Assembly: GCA_031552685.1 (NCBI GenBank)
Contig: JAVBMI010000019.1
Location: forward strand, 2,771-66,770
Source: Oscillospiraceae bacterium
GTDB taxonomy: Bacteria > Bacillota > Clostridia > Oscillospirales > Oscillospiraceae
Direction of reading: 5' to 3'
DNA: 64,000 bases
Notes under the pieces: model-generated
Seen by the model: only the letters and a program-made list of their open reading frames with translations
What the model was told of the DNA's origin: nothing
Database searches by the model: none
Made by a program: the position numbers and the translations under genes
Shown here: piece after piece, positions 39,465 to 50,108 of the stretch
How the letters are laid out: each line of letters starts with the position of its first letter
Position numbering within the stretch: position 1 is the stretch's first letter

Positions 39465-39493
39465 TTGTAACAAGCCCAAAATCTTGGTATACT
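39465..39493 (+). promoter_or_regulatory. Putative sigma-A promoter of the DUF815 ATPase gene
   Basis: TTGTAA, a 17-nt spacer and TATACT. Confidence 0.45.
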
Positions 39494-39525
39494 GGATAAG
39501 CAGAACACCCGAAAGGAGCCCCGCT

Positions 39526-40713
39526 ATGAACAATACTCAGCTTGCAAAAACAATGAAGGAAGCGGTAATTTTCAAAAACCTCCGCAATGAGCCGATAATC
39601 TCAGCTTTGGCGGAGCTTCTGTGCTGCGACAAAACAGACGGCGACAGGTCTTTTTCCCTCTGCTGCGAAATTGCCCGGGAGCTATATCCCTACGGGACAA
39701 ATTTGACCGACAGAGTGCTTGCGCTTGTTTGTGCAGACGAGAATTTTCTGATTGAAGCCATAGCGGGCGAGGAGATCGTCAGCGCCGCGATCGAGCAGCA
39801 GCTTATCCGTGAGCTGCGTGCCTTTGAGCTGGCATCAGCATATTCCTCGAGTTATTTTGTGGATAATATCAGACCCTCCGGCGATGTCCCCATCTGGTAT
39901 GCCAACGAGGCGGACTTTGTTTACAGCTACAACGAATATGCCTCTGCCGCGGCACAGCGGGGCTATGGTATTTTTGCGTCAAACCACGTTTTCACCGTTT
40001 CCGAAGACGGCACGCTCGCGCCGGTTAAGAACCCTGACCCGCAAGCGATTTCCGAGCTTTACGGCTACGAGAGCGAGAGGGAGCTCGTGCTCGCAAATAC
40101 CCGTTCCCTGCTGGGCGGACTTCCTGCCAACAACGTTTTGCTGTACGGCGATGCGGGAACGGGAAAAAGCAGCACTGTGAAAGCTATCGCAAACGCATAT
40201 AAGGACGCCGGACTACGCCTGATTCAGGCGGAGAAGGGGCTCTTGCGCCATATTCCCGCGCTGCTTGACTACCTTGCTTCGAAGCCTTTGAAGTTTATTA
40301 TTTTCATTGACGACTTGTCATTTGAGAGTAACGACAGGGATTTTACCGCCCTGAAAACCGTTTTGGAGGGGAGCGTTGCCGCCCGCGCAAAGAACACGGT
40401 TATCTATGCAACCAGCAACCGGCGCCACCTGCTTCGGGAGAGTTTTAAAGCCCGCCATGGGGATGATATTCACGTGGGCGATACCTTGGAGGAGAGTTCC
40501 AGCCTGGCAGGACGCTTCGGCATCGTGGTGACCTTCGTGCGGCCGGACAGAGATGAATACGCCGATTTAGTTCTGAATCTTGCGGAGGAATACGGCCTGA
40601 AACTCAGCGGGGAAGATCTGATTTCCGGCGCTGAGGCCTATGCCATTCGCGCAGGCGGACGCAGTCCCAGAGTCGCAAAACAGTATGTTGAATATAAAAT
40701 TGCCATCAAATAA
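39526..40713 (+). CDS. DUF815-family AAA-like ATP-binding protein
   Basis: Walker A LLYGDAGTGKSSTVKAI, Walker B FIIFIDDLSF, and ATSNRRHL. I preferred the start at 39526 (GAAAGGAG RBS) over the longer ORF that begins inside the repeat. Confidence 0.75.
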   Translation: MNNTQLAKTMKEAVIFKNLRNEPIISALAELLCCDKTDGDRSFSLCCEIARELYPYGTNLTDRVLALVCADENFLIEAIAGEEIVSAAIEQQLIRELRAFELASAYSSSYFVDNIRPSGDVPIWYANEADFVYSYNEYASAAAQRGYGIFASNHVFTVSEDGTLAPVKNPDPQAISELYGYESERELVLANTRSLLGGLPANNVLLYGDAGTGKSSTVKAIANAYKDAGLRLIQAEKGLLRHIPALLDYLASKPLKFIIFIDDLSFESNDRDFTALKTVLEGSVAARAKNTVIYATSNRRHLLRESFKARHGDDIHVGDTLEESSSLAGRFGIVVTFVRPDRDEYADLVLNLAEEYGLKLSGEDLISGAEAYAIRAGGRSPRVAKQYVEYKIAIK

Positions 40714-40737
40714 TTTCGAATTTATCAAAAAGAACAG

Positions 40738-40767
40738 TTGACAAGGCGCATTTTAGTGGGTTATGAT
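40738..40767 (+). promoter_or_regulatory. Putative sigma-A promoter of the ilv T-box leader
   Basis: TTGACA, a 17-18-nt spacer and TATGAT. Confidence 0.55.
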
Positions 40768-40789
40768 GTGTCTAATCCAGATTTTAAAT

Positions 40790-41080
40790 GCGTTGATGGG
40801 AAAAAGTAGGCCGATACCCACTTCAGAGAGCTGCCGGTCGGTGCAAGGCGGTGTGGAGGTCGGAGGAAAGTCATCCCGGAGCGGTTTGCCGAAGGGCCGG
40901 TCACGCCTGTCTGTGTAAGCAAAACGGTTGCGCCCGTTACAGCGCAGGACGTTGACAGACGTTCAAAGTGGTTTTTTCAATGGCAGTGCAGCGCCGGAGA
41001 AAGAGCAATAAGAGTGGTACCGCAGGGGTATTTTGCCTTTGTCTCTTGATTTATGAATTAGAGACATGGGCGTTTTTTGT
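40790..41080 (+). promoter_or_regulatory. T-box leader, probable Val specifier (GUC)
   Basis: It has AGAGAGC in stem I, a specifier loop GAAA-GUC-A (GUC at 40870..40872) and the T-box sequence AATAAGAGTGGTACCGCAGGGG. The terminator is tgtctct/agagaca plus tttttt. It lies upstream of ilvB. Confidence 0.8.
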
Positions 41081-41116
41081 TATTTGCGACAATATTAACA
41101 TCAGGAGGAGAGAGCT

Positions 41117-42781
41117 TTGAAATTATCAGGAGCGGAAATCATCATTGAGGTTCTTATAGAGCAGGGAGTTACCGATGTTTTCGGTTATCCTGGCGGAGCG
41201 GCGCTCAATATATATGAGGCGCTTTATCACAGACAGGACAAAATTAAGCATTATCTTACCGCCCACGAGCAGGGAGCGACCCATGCGGCGGACGGTTATG
41301 CCCGCACAACAGGGAAAACGGGCGTCATGTTCGCGACCAGCGGCCCGGGCGCAACCAACACCGTCACCGGCATTGCAACGGCGTACCTGGACAGCATTCC
41401 GATGGTGGTAATCACCGCCAACGTCGCTCAGGATCTGATAGGAAAAGACAGCTTCCAGGAGGTTTTTATCGCCGGAATCACCCAGCCTGTCACCAAGCAC
41501 AACTATGCTGTGCGCGACATTACCAGACTGGCGGAAACCATCCGCGAGGCCTTCAAAATTGCTGCCAGCGGCCGCTGTGGCCCTGTGCTGATAGATGTTC
41601 CGAAGGATATAACCGCCGCAGTGTATGAATTTACTCCCGCTCCCAAGTACGAAAAACCGACGCCGAAGGCTGCCTCCGATGAGGAGCACAGCAAAATTGC
41701 GGCTCTGATAAAAAAAGCGAAGCGTCCTGTTATCTGCTTCGGCGGCGGTGTGATAAGCGCCAACGCCGGGGATGAGATGAGGGAATTTATCAAAAAGACA
41801 CGCATCCCCGCCTGCCGCACAATAATGGGTACAGGCGTTATCGGCTTCGGTGACGATTTGGATTTGGGTATTCTGGGTATGCACGGTTCGATGGCGGCGA
41901 ACCACGCCGTTGATGAAGCCGACCTGCTTCTGGCTCTTGGAACCCGCTTTTCTGACCGCGTTGCCACCAAGCTGCGCGATTTCGCGCCCCACGCGACCAT
42001 CGTTCAGATAGACATTGACGAGAGCGAAATACGCAAGAACGTCATGGTGGATTTGGCGGTCGTGGGCGATTTGAAGGCGGAGCTTCCCGCCCTGCTTGAG
42101 ATCGTTGAAAACGCCGAGCGCGCGGCCTGGCTTGAACAGGTCAGGAACTGGCAGGAAATGGACAGCAGAATCAACCGTCAGGAGACAGGTCACATCCGCC
42201 CGGTGGAAATTATGGACGTTATCGGCAGCGTTTGCGGCAGGGATGCCATAATTGCTACGGACGTAGGCCAGCATCAGATGTGGGCCTCCCAGTTCTGCAA
42301 GGAAACAGCTCCCAGAGGCTTTTTGACCTCCGGCGGACTGGGTACCATGGGCTTTGGCTACGGCGCGGCAATAGGCGCACAGGTTGCCAGACCCGAAAAG
42401 AGAGTTATCCACATCACCAGCGACGGCAGCTTCCACATGAACATGAACGAAGCCTGCACCGCAGTGACCTACGAACTGCCGGTTATCACAGTTATTTTTG
42501 ACAATCAGGTGCTTGGCATGGTATACCAGTGGCAGACGAGTTTTTACAACAAGCACTATTTCTCAACCGTTGCAGAGCGCAAAACGGATTATATTAAAGT
42601 TGCGGAGGGCTTTGGAGCCAAAGGTTTCAGAGCTGAGACGAAGGCGGAATTCGAAACCGTCCTCAAGGAAGCACTTGCAACCGGCAAGCCGTGCTGGATC
42701 GTTTGCCCCATCGACAGAAACGAGCGCGTGCTGCCAATGATCGCGGGCGGAGAGACGGTTCGCGCCGCAATTCTGGAATAA
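41117..42781 (+). CDS. ilvB: Acetolactate synthase large subunit (biosynthetic type)
   Basis: MKLSGAEIIIEVLIEQGVTDVFGYPGGAAL and the ThDP motif GGLGTMGFGYGAAIGA. It has a TTG start after AGGAGGAG. Confidence 0.92.
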   Translation: MKLSGAEIIIEVLIEQGVTDVFGYPGGAALNIYEALYHRQDKIKHYLTAHEQGATHAADGYARTTGKTGVMFATSGPGATNTVTGIATAYLDSIPMVVITANVAQDLIGKDSFQEVFIAGITQPVTKHNYAVRDITRLAETIREAFKIAASGRCGPVLIDVPKDITAAVYEFTPAPKYEKPTPKAASDEEHSKIAALIKKAKRPVICFGGGVISANAGDEMREFIKKTRIPACRTIMGTGVIGFGDDLDLGILGMHGSMAANHAVDEADLLLALGTRFSDRVATKLRDFAPHATIVQIDIDESEIRKNVMVDLAVVGDLKAELPALLEIVENAERAAWLEQVRNWQEMDSRINRQETGHIRPVEIMDVIGSVCGRDAIIATDVGQHQMWASQFCKETAPRGFLTSGGLGTMGFGYGAAIGAQVARPEKRVIHITSDGSFHMNMNEACTAVTYELPVITVIFDNQVLGMVYQWQTSFYNKHYFSTVAERKTDYIKVAEGFGAKGFRAETKAEFETVLKEALATGKPCWIVCPIDRNERVLPMIAGGETVRAAILE

Positions 42782-42800
42782 AAAAGGGAGGATCACTGAC

Positions 42801-44356
<1,556 letters not shown>

Positions 44357-44430
44357 GTCTACATTTTTGTCTGCAAGCGTGGAGTCGTTGATTTCACGCT
44401 TGCAGTATTCCATTACAAAAGGAGCACCGC

Positions 44431-46089
44431 ATGAAAAGTGACAACGTCAAAACCGGCGTTTCGCAGGCACCGCACAGAAGCCTGTTCTACGCCCTCGGTT
44501 TTACAAAGGAAGAGATGGAAAAACCGCTGGTCGGAATCGTCAGCTCGTATAACGAGATAGTTCCGGGGCATATGAACCTTGACAAGATAACCGAGGCCGT
44601 CCGTCAGGGCGTTCTCTCAGCCGGCGGCACGCCGATAGTCTTTCCGGCCATCGCCGTGTGCGACGGTATCGCAATGGGACACGAGGGGATGAAGTATTCT
44701 CTGGTAACGAGAGATTTGATTGCCGACAGCACGGAGTGCATGGCGCTGGCCCATCAGTTTGACGCGCTTGTGATGATTCCCAACTGCGACAAAAACGTTC
44801 CGGGACTTCTCATGGCGGCGGCGCGTGTCAATGTGCCGACAATTTTCGTCTCCGGCGGGCCGATGCTCTCCGGCAGAATGGAGGGCAAAAGAACCTGCCT
44901 GTCCTCGATTTTCGAGGCGGTCGGAGCCTACCACGCGGGAAAGATTTCAGAAGCCGAGCTCGAGGCCTGCGAGATGGAAACCTGCCCAACCTGCGGCAGC
45001 TGCTCGGGTATGTACACCGCAAACTCGATGAACTGCGTTACGGAGGCTCTCGGGATGGCGCTGCGAGGCAACGGCACTATACCCGCCGTTATGAGCGCGC
45101 GCCTGCGTCTGGCAAAGCTCACGGGAATGAAGATTATGGAGCTTTATGAAAAGAACATCCGTCCGCGCGACATAATGACAGAGGCTGCCTTCCACAACGC
45201 GGAAATCGTGGATATGGCGCTCGGCTGTTCGACCAACACCATGCTGCACATCCCGGCAATTGCGCATGAAGCGGGCTTTGAGCTGAATTTAGAGATGGCC
45301 AACAAATTTTCCGAGAACACCCCGAATCTCTGCCACCTTGCTCCGGCGGGTGACACCTATATGGAGGATTTGGAGCATGCGGGAGGTGTCCACGCTGTTA
45401 TGGCGGAGCTGAACAAGCTCAACATGCTTGACACCTCGGTTTTGACCTGCACAGGCAAAACGCTGGCGGAAAACCTTGAGGGCGTTGCTAATCTTGACCC
45501 TGAGGTGATTCGCCCGATTGAAAATCCCTTCTCCAAAACAGGCGGAATTGCTGTGCTCAAGGGCAATCTCGCGCCGGAAGGCTGTGTTGTGAAGCGCAGC
45601 GCGGTTGCTGAAGCAATGATGAAGCACGAGGGCCCGGCGCGGGTGTTTAACAGCGAGGACGAGGCGATCGCCGCGATTACCGCGGGCAAAATCGTTGCCG
45701 GAGATGTTGTTGTTATCCGCTATGAGGGCCCGAAGGGCGGCCCGGGTATGCGCGAAATGCTTAATCCCACATCCGCAATCTGTGGCATGGGCCTAGGCGA
45801 GAGCGTTGCTCTCATTACCGACGGTCGCTTTTCCGGCGCTACTCGCGGCGCGGCGATCGGACACGTTTCCCCGGAGGCGGCTCTCGGCGGCAGCATTGCT
45901 TTGGTGAAAGAGGGGGACACGATTGCAATAGACATCAATGCCTATAAAATTGAGCTTCTGGTCTCCGACGATGAGCTGGAAGCCCGCCGCGAGGCTTGGG
46001 TCTGCCCCGAACCGCGCATTAAAACCGGCTATCTTGCCCGCTATGCAAAACAGGTTAGCAGTGCGGCACAAGGCGCAATACTTCAATAA
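44431..46089 (+). CDS. ilvD: Dihydroxy-acid dehydratase
   Basis: [24 protein letters not shown]...CDKNVPG...[10 protein letters not shown]. Confidence 0.93.
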   Translation: MKSDNVKTGVSQAPHRSLFYALGFTKEEMEKPLVGIVSSYNEIVPGHMNLDKITEAVRQGVLSAGGTPIVFPAIAVCDGIAMGHEGMKYSLVTRDLIADSTECMALAHQFDALVMIPNCDKNVPGLLMAAARVNVPTIFVSGGPMLSGRMEGKRTCLSSIFEAVGAYHAGKISEAELEACEMETCPTCGSCSGMYTANSMNCVTEALGMALRGNGTIPAVMSARLRLAKLTGMKIMELYEKNIRPRDIMTEAAFHNAEIVDMALGCSTNTMLHIPAIAHEAGFELNLEMANKFSENTPNLCHLAPAGDTYMEDLEHAGGVHAVMAELNKLNMLDTSVLTCTGKTLAENLEGVANLDPEVIRPIENPFSKTGGIAVLKGNLAPEGCVVKRSAVAEAMMKHEGPARVFNSEDEAIAAITAGKIVAGDVVVIRYEGPKGGPGMREMLNPTSAICGMGLGESVALITDGRFSGATRGAAIGHVSPEAALGGSIALVKEGDTIAIDINAYKIELLVSDDELEARREAWVCPEPRIKTGYLARYAKQVSSAAQGAILQ

Positions 46090-46093
46090 GAAC

Positions 46094-46135
46094 AAAACCC
46101 GTTTTCGGAAGTTCCGAAAACGGGTTTCGTCTTTC
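46094..46135 (+). terminator. Rho-independent terminator after ilvD
   Basis: The sequence is aaacccgttttcggaa-g-ttccgaaaacgggttt followed by cgtcttt. Confidence 0.75.
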
Positions 46136-46187
46136 CAATAAGCAATGGAAGCTGAGTGCAGGCGATGGTGATTCGACTCCCGTTGCC

Positions 46188-46215
46188 TTGACATACCTGC
46201 AGAATATGTTAAAAT
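46188..46215 (+). promoter_or_regulatory. Putative promoter of the gtrA-like gene (extended -10)
   Basis: TTGACA, a 16-nt spacer and TGtTAAAAT. Confidence 0.5.
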
Positions 46216-46261
46216 GGCTCTCGAGTCGAATGCGATATAAAGATATCTGGGGGGGCTTTCT

Positions 46262-46765
46262 GTGGACGAAAAACAGACAAAGCTGCGAGAGCTTTTTGAA
46301 AAACACCGGGAAATAATTATGTATCTCATATTTGGAGTTGTTACGTCAGTAGTCAGTTGGGTGATCTACAGCCTGTGCATAATACTTTTCCGGGGATTCA
46401 GCCACATTCAGGTAGTGGCGTTCGGACTGGACATACAGCTCTATATCTTTCTTGCCAATGTCGTCTCCTGGATAATTGCCGTATCGGTTGCCTTTGTTAC
46501 GAACAAGCTCTGGGTTTTTGACAGCCGAAGCTGGGAGGGGAAGCTGGTCAGGAAAGAGGCAGTGACCTTTGTCGGAGGTCGGGCGCTCACAGGGGTTCTG
46601 GAAATAGGGGCGGTTACTCTCCTGGCCGGAGTTCCCGGCTTTGACGCAACGCTCTTCGGAATTGAAACGCTGCCGGCAAAAATTTTGATTGCAATTATCG
46701 TTGTCATCCTCAACTATCTGATCAGTAAATTTATTTCCTTCAAACCGAAGGGGAGCAAAGCATAG
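46262..46765 (+). CDS. GtrA family membrane protein
   Basis: It has four TM helices. The pattern IIMYLIFGVVTSVVSWVIY...FVTNKLWVF is typical of GtrA-like proteins. It has a GTG start. Confidence 0.75.
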   Translation: MDEKQTKLRELFEKHREIIMYLIFGVVTSVVSWVIYSLCIILFRGFSHIQVVAFGLDIQLYIFLANVVSWIIAVSVAFVTNKLWVFDSRSWEGKLVRKEAVTFVGGRALTGVLEIGAVTLLAGVPGFDATLFGIETLPAKILIAIIVVILNYLISKFISFKPKGSKA

Positions 46766-46796
46766 AAAAAGACCGCCTGAAGGCGGTCTTTTTATT
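46766..46796. terminator. Bidirectional terminator
   Basis: The sequence is aaaaagaccgcc-tgaa-ggcggtcttttt. Confidence 0.8.
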
Positions 46797-46806
46797 TGTA
46801 AAGAAA

Positions 46807-47247
46807 TTAATCCCTTTTGCGGCGGTAGCCGGTCTTTTTGTCCCCGTACATACGGCAGCCGGAGATGCGGTTGTCCGAATCCTGCATAAACTGCTTAAGC
46901 TTATCTTCAAAGGCAGACTCAACGGGAGGAGCAGACTGTTGGGAGCCGGGTCTTTGCCCAGACTGGCGCGGAGGAGGGGCAGACTTCTGCGCGGCGGCTT
47001 TTTTTTCCGCCGGTTCCGATGCCTGCTTGATGGAAAGATTGATTTTTCCGGCTTCGTTTACCCCGAGAACCTTGACCCTGACGACCTGGCCCACGGAAAC
47101 GAAATCACTGACATCGTTAACATAGCTGTTCGCGATTTCCGAAATGTGAACAAGTCCGTTTTCACCGCCGGGCAGCGAAACAAAAGCGCCGAACTTCGTA
47201 ATGCCGGTAACCTTTCCCTCAAAAAATTCTCCCAAAGATGGCTGCAT
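46807..47247 (-). CDS. yabR: S1 RNA-binding domain protein (YabR-like)
   Basis: GKVTGITKFGAFVSLPGGENGLVHISEIANSYV is an S1 domain. It sits downstream of divIC, as in Bacillus. Confidence 0.85.
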   Translation of the reverse strand: MQPSLGEFFEGKVTGITKFGAFVSLPGGENGLVHISEIANSYVNDVSDFVSVGQVVRVKVLGVNEAGKINLSIKQASEPAEKKAAAQKSAPPPRQSGQRPGSQQSAPPVESAFEDKLKQFMQDSDNRISGCRMYGDKKTGYRRKRD

Positions 47248-47286
47248 ATAGGGGTTTATCCTCCTGTTAATAAAGCTGGCCTGCCG

Positions 47287-47565
47287 CTAATCTCCTATAT
47301 CGTAATATATCTTTTCCCCGGGCTTTACAAGGCCCAGCTCGTTCCTTGCAACGTCCTCTATAATTTCCGGATCCGTGCTGTGGTCGATATCGTATTGCCG
47401 TTCCGTGTTCTCCTGCCTGAGCTTGTCAACCTGCTGCTGAAGCTCATCTCTTTTGTTTTGCGTTTCGGCTGTTTGCTGTCTCAGAGAGAACAGGCTTATT
47501 CCTGCGTACACCACGAGAGCGAGTATGACGATTTTTGTTATCAGGCTTGCTCCTTTGAATTTCAT
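47287..47565 (-). CDS. divIC: Septum formation initiator (FtsB/DivIC family)
   Basis: It has a TM helix plus a coiled coil (QNKRDELQQQVDKLRQEN) and the C-terminal ARNELGLVKPGEKIY motif. The ATG at 47565 follows AAGGAG. Confidence 0.85.
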   Translation of the reverse strand: MKFKGASLITKIVILALVVYAGISLFSLRQQTAETQNKRDELQQQVDKLRQENTERQYDIDHSTDPEIIEDVARNELGLVKPGEKIYYDIGD

Positions 47566-48025
47566 GGCGGTTTTCTCCTTCAAAAGCACTTCGGTTTTTT
47601 GGTGACACTTCACCTAATACCCTCATTCTATACCACTTACAAGCTTTTTGAAAGAAAAATTTTGATTTTTTTACCATAAATTTTATCGGAACGGCGAATT
47701 TATGTAATAATTTCCCGGTAAAAGAGGCTAAACCCGAAAAAACCATGAGGAAAAACGGACTGAACAGTAAAAAATAAAATACAGAGCCCAGCACACAGCA
47801 AAGCAGTATATAAAGACGCGTTTCACCTCGGCCGACGGTCATAAACAGCAAAAAGAGGATCGCAAAGGCTGCGATGCAAACCATAACATCGCTAAAAATG
47901 GTGAAAATCATTCTCTTGAGCCTTAGCCTGAAAGCCTTGAAAAAATCATACAGCAGTCCAAATCCCAGCCCGCCGCAGATGGAAATTATGGATGCAATGA
48001 GCTGGTCAGTAATCGGCAGATTCAT
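47444..48025 (-). CDS. yabQ: Spore cortex biosynthesis protein YabQ
   Basis: ICGGLGFGLLYDFFKAFRLRL matches the YabQ N-terminal pattern. It has 4 TM helices and keeps its position after yabP. The basic C-terminal tail overlaps divIC by 122 nt, so the true 3' end is uncertain. Confidence 0.7.
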   Translation of the reverse strand: MNLPITDQLIASIISICGGLGFGLLYDFFKAFRLRLKRMIFTIFSDVMVCIAAFAILFLLFMTVGRGETRLYILLCCVLGSVFYFLLFSPFFLMVFSGLASFTGKLLHKFAVPIKFMVKKSKFFFQKACKWYRMRVLGEVSPKNRSAFEGENRHEIQRSKPDNKNRHTRSRGVRRNKPVLSETANSRNAKQKR

Positions 48026-48027
48026 TG

Positions 48028-48312
48028 TTACTTGAAAAGGCGGGACCAGAGACTGCCATGGGCGGCGCTCTCCTCATAGCCCAATTCGCTTATGAGCCCG
48101 GTAATGGATATTTCGCCGGTATCCAGACTAAGCTTGTCGATGTGCAGGTCGCTGCCACGAAGGATCAGATTACCCTTTGAGGTTTGCATGATAATCTGCC
48201 TGTCGTCGAAACTGTCAACGTCCTCAACGCCGGAGACGGAAAGCCTCTCCCGGTTTTCCATAATCAAGTTGTGCGGCTTTCCGCCGGTCTTGGTCTTTTC
48301 CTCTATGACCAT
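48028..48312 (-). CDS. yabP: Sporulation protein YabP
   Basis: HNLIMENRERLSVSGVEDVDSFDDRQIIMQTSKGNLILRGSDLHI is typical of YabP. The ATG at 48312 follows GGGAGG. Confidence 0.88.
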   Translation of the reverse strand: MVIEEKTKTGGKPHNLIMENRERLSVSGVEDVDSFDDRQIIMQTSKGNLILRGSDLHIDKLSLDTGEISITGLISELGYEESAAHGSLWSRLFK

Positions 48313-48440
48313 AGTATTTACCTCCCTTTTTGACAAGGTCACAAAACAGCCGTCTGCGCGAAACGGCTGTTTTCGTTTGTAAATAGTATGCGGTTCTCGG
48401 ACGAGGTATGCCCTGAACGGAATAATTACATTATTGCAAA

Positions 48441-49012
48441 TGTCCCCCCGTGGGGACTGGCTTTTTCCAACACGCTGAGTTGAGGGCTACATTATTCCAA
48501 CGTCCAACGTTGGGGCAGGCGCGGGCACTATGTGCCCTGCTGCCCGTATAAGGGGGAACCGGTTCTTGCAAAGAAACGGTTCCCCCTTATGATCCCCTTG
48601 GCGAAGAAGCCCAAAGGGGTGCAACCCCTTTGGAAACCCCAAGTAGACGCTCGCGTGGGCTCGCTCTGCATGCGGCCGCCGCAAGCGGCGGATATCCCCG
48701 CCGCTGCCTGCGGAGCGCGGCTACTGCAAGCGTCGGGCAACAAGTTGCGCCACCACCGAATCTAAGCGAGCGATTATGTGGCGCAGTGCTAATCTGCCCT
48801 GTGGCACGGTTGGCAGTTAGCGAGCGGATGGGTTGCTTGTATTTGTGGCGATGTTATATTTTCTTTGGGAGAGTCAAGAGAGGGCATTTCTTTTTTAAAG
48901 AATGCCCTCTTTTGCCCTGCGCGGGAAGCGCAAAATAATTAAAAATGTGTTGCTCCCTGCGGGTAGCAGGTAATATATAAAAATGGGTTACCCCCTGCAT
49001 GGGGGGACTTTT
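48441..49012 (+). repeat. Hairpin-rich mosaic intergenic element, copy 3
   Basis: The core 48499..48985 is co-linear with copy 1. The 5' leader hairpin (tccccccgtgggga plus T-run) matches the 5' leader of copy 2. The 3' end module is duplicated. Confidence 0.85.
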
Positions 49013-49024
49013 GGAATAATATCG

Positions 49025-49897
49025 CTATGAGATTTTGTTATTAGCCGAAAGCTCAAGCGCTTTCTCCACCATTGCAGTGAAGCCCTTGTGCCCCTCGGCA
49101 TAGCCTGCGGACTCCCAGGTGAAAACGCCGCGGCACTCAAGCCCCAGGTCCTTTGCGCCGGCGGACCAGCTGCTGATTGCCGACGCGTATTCATCCGCGG
49201 TGGCGTCCGCATCGTGAACGCGGAATTTCTGGAGCGTTGTTGTGTTTGTTTCCGTGTTGTACTCCTCATACTTGTAAGCAACGGAAGTGAGAGTCAGAAC
49301 ACCGTTATCGTTGCCGAAACGGATAAGCTCGCGGTATGAGAATTCAACGCTGCCGTTGCCGCTTTCGACAACAAAGTATTCCTCACCTGAGGTGTTGTCC
49401 TCCATGAGCCGGAAATCCTCCATCAGGTTTGCGTTTACGACTTTAGACGTGAAATGGTCGCCGCCAAAGGACTCGCCGACTAACTCCATATTTGCGGAAA
49501 TGCACTCCACTGAGCCGTCAACAATGTCAAAAAACTGCAGACCCATTGAGGCGGAAGCGCCGACATCAAAAATAATCAGCTCGCTGCAGCCGTCGCAGTC
49601 CAGATCGATGAAGCCGACACCGGCAATGTTGCCGAAGCATGCATAAAAGAGAGTATCGTAGTTTTCATCAAGAAAAGAGCGATAGATTTCGGCAGCCTCA
49701 TCATCGGTCATGGAAGGGCTTGGCGAGGCGGAGGGCGTCACGGACGTATCCGGGCTGACGTTTCCGGCAACCGGGCTTTCGCTGGGGTTGGGGGACAGCT
49801 CCGTTTCCAGACCGCCGTTAAGCTCTGCCTGATCGTTGCAGGCTGAAAACAGCAGTAGTATTGAAAGGGCAAGAACAGCCCAAATGATTTTTTTCAT
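49025..49897 (-). CDS. Hypothetical lipoprotein
   Basis: It has a signal peptide with lipobox LFSAC, a Ser/Pro-rich linker and a GGAGG RBS. I recognised no family. Confidence 0.6.
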   Translation of the reverse strand: MKKIIWAVLALSILLLFSACNDQAELNGGLETELSPNPSESPVAGNVSPDTSVTPSASPSPSMTDDEAAEIYRSFLDENYDTLFYACFGNIAGVGFIDLDCDGCSELIIFDVGASASMGLQFFDIVDGSVECISANMELVGESFGGDHFTSKVVNANLMEDFRLMEDNTSGEEYFVVESGNGSVEFSYRELIRFGNDNGVLTLTSVAYKYEEYNTETNTTTLQKFRVHDADATADEYASAISSWSAGAKDLGLECRGVFTWESAGYAEGHKGFTAMVEKALELSANNKIS

Positions 49898-50108
49898 GTG
49901 AAAACCTCCAATCTGCCTGTAACACAGGAATACAAAAAGCGCAGAAATTAAAATATTATTTACAGGTCATTGTACCACCAGATTCTCCATTGGTAAATAC
50001 CAATCCAAATTTTGTAGAATTTGTATCATTTTGTAACAAAGCTCTTGGCAACAATACTGAAAAAAAGCGGCGGACAAATGCCCGCCACTAAATTAAAACG
50101 CAATTCTC

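Noticed and set aside
41126-42556. 476-aa minus-strand ORF covering ilvB
   Set aside because: It is a shadow ORF opposite a canonical acetolactate synthase gene, with no motifs or translation signals.
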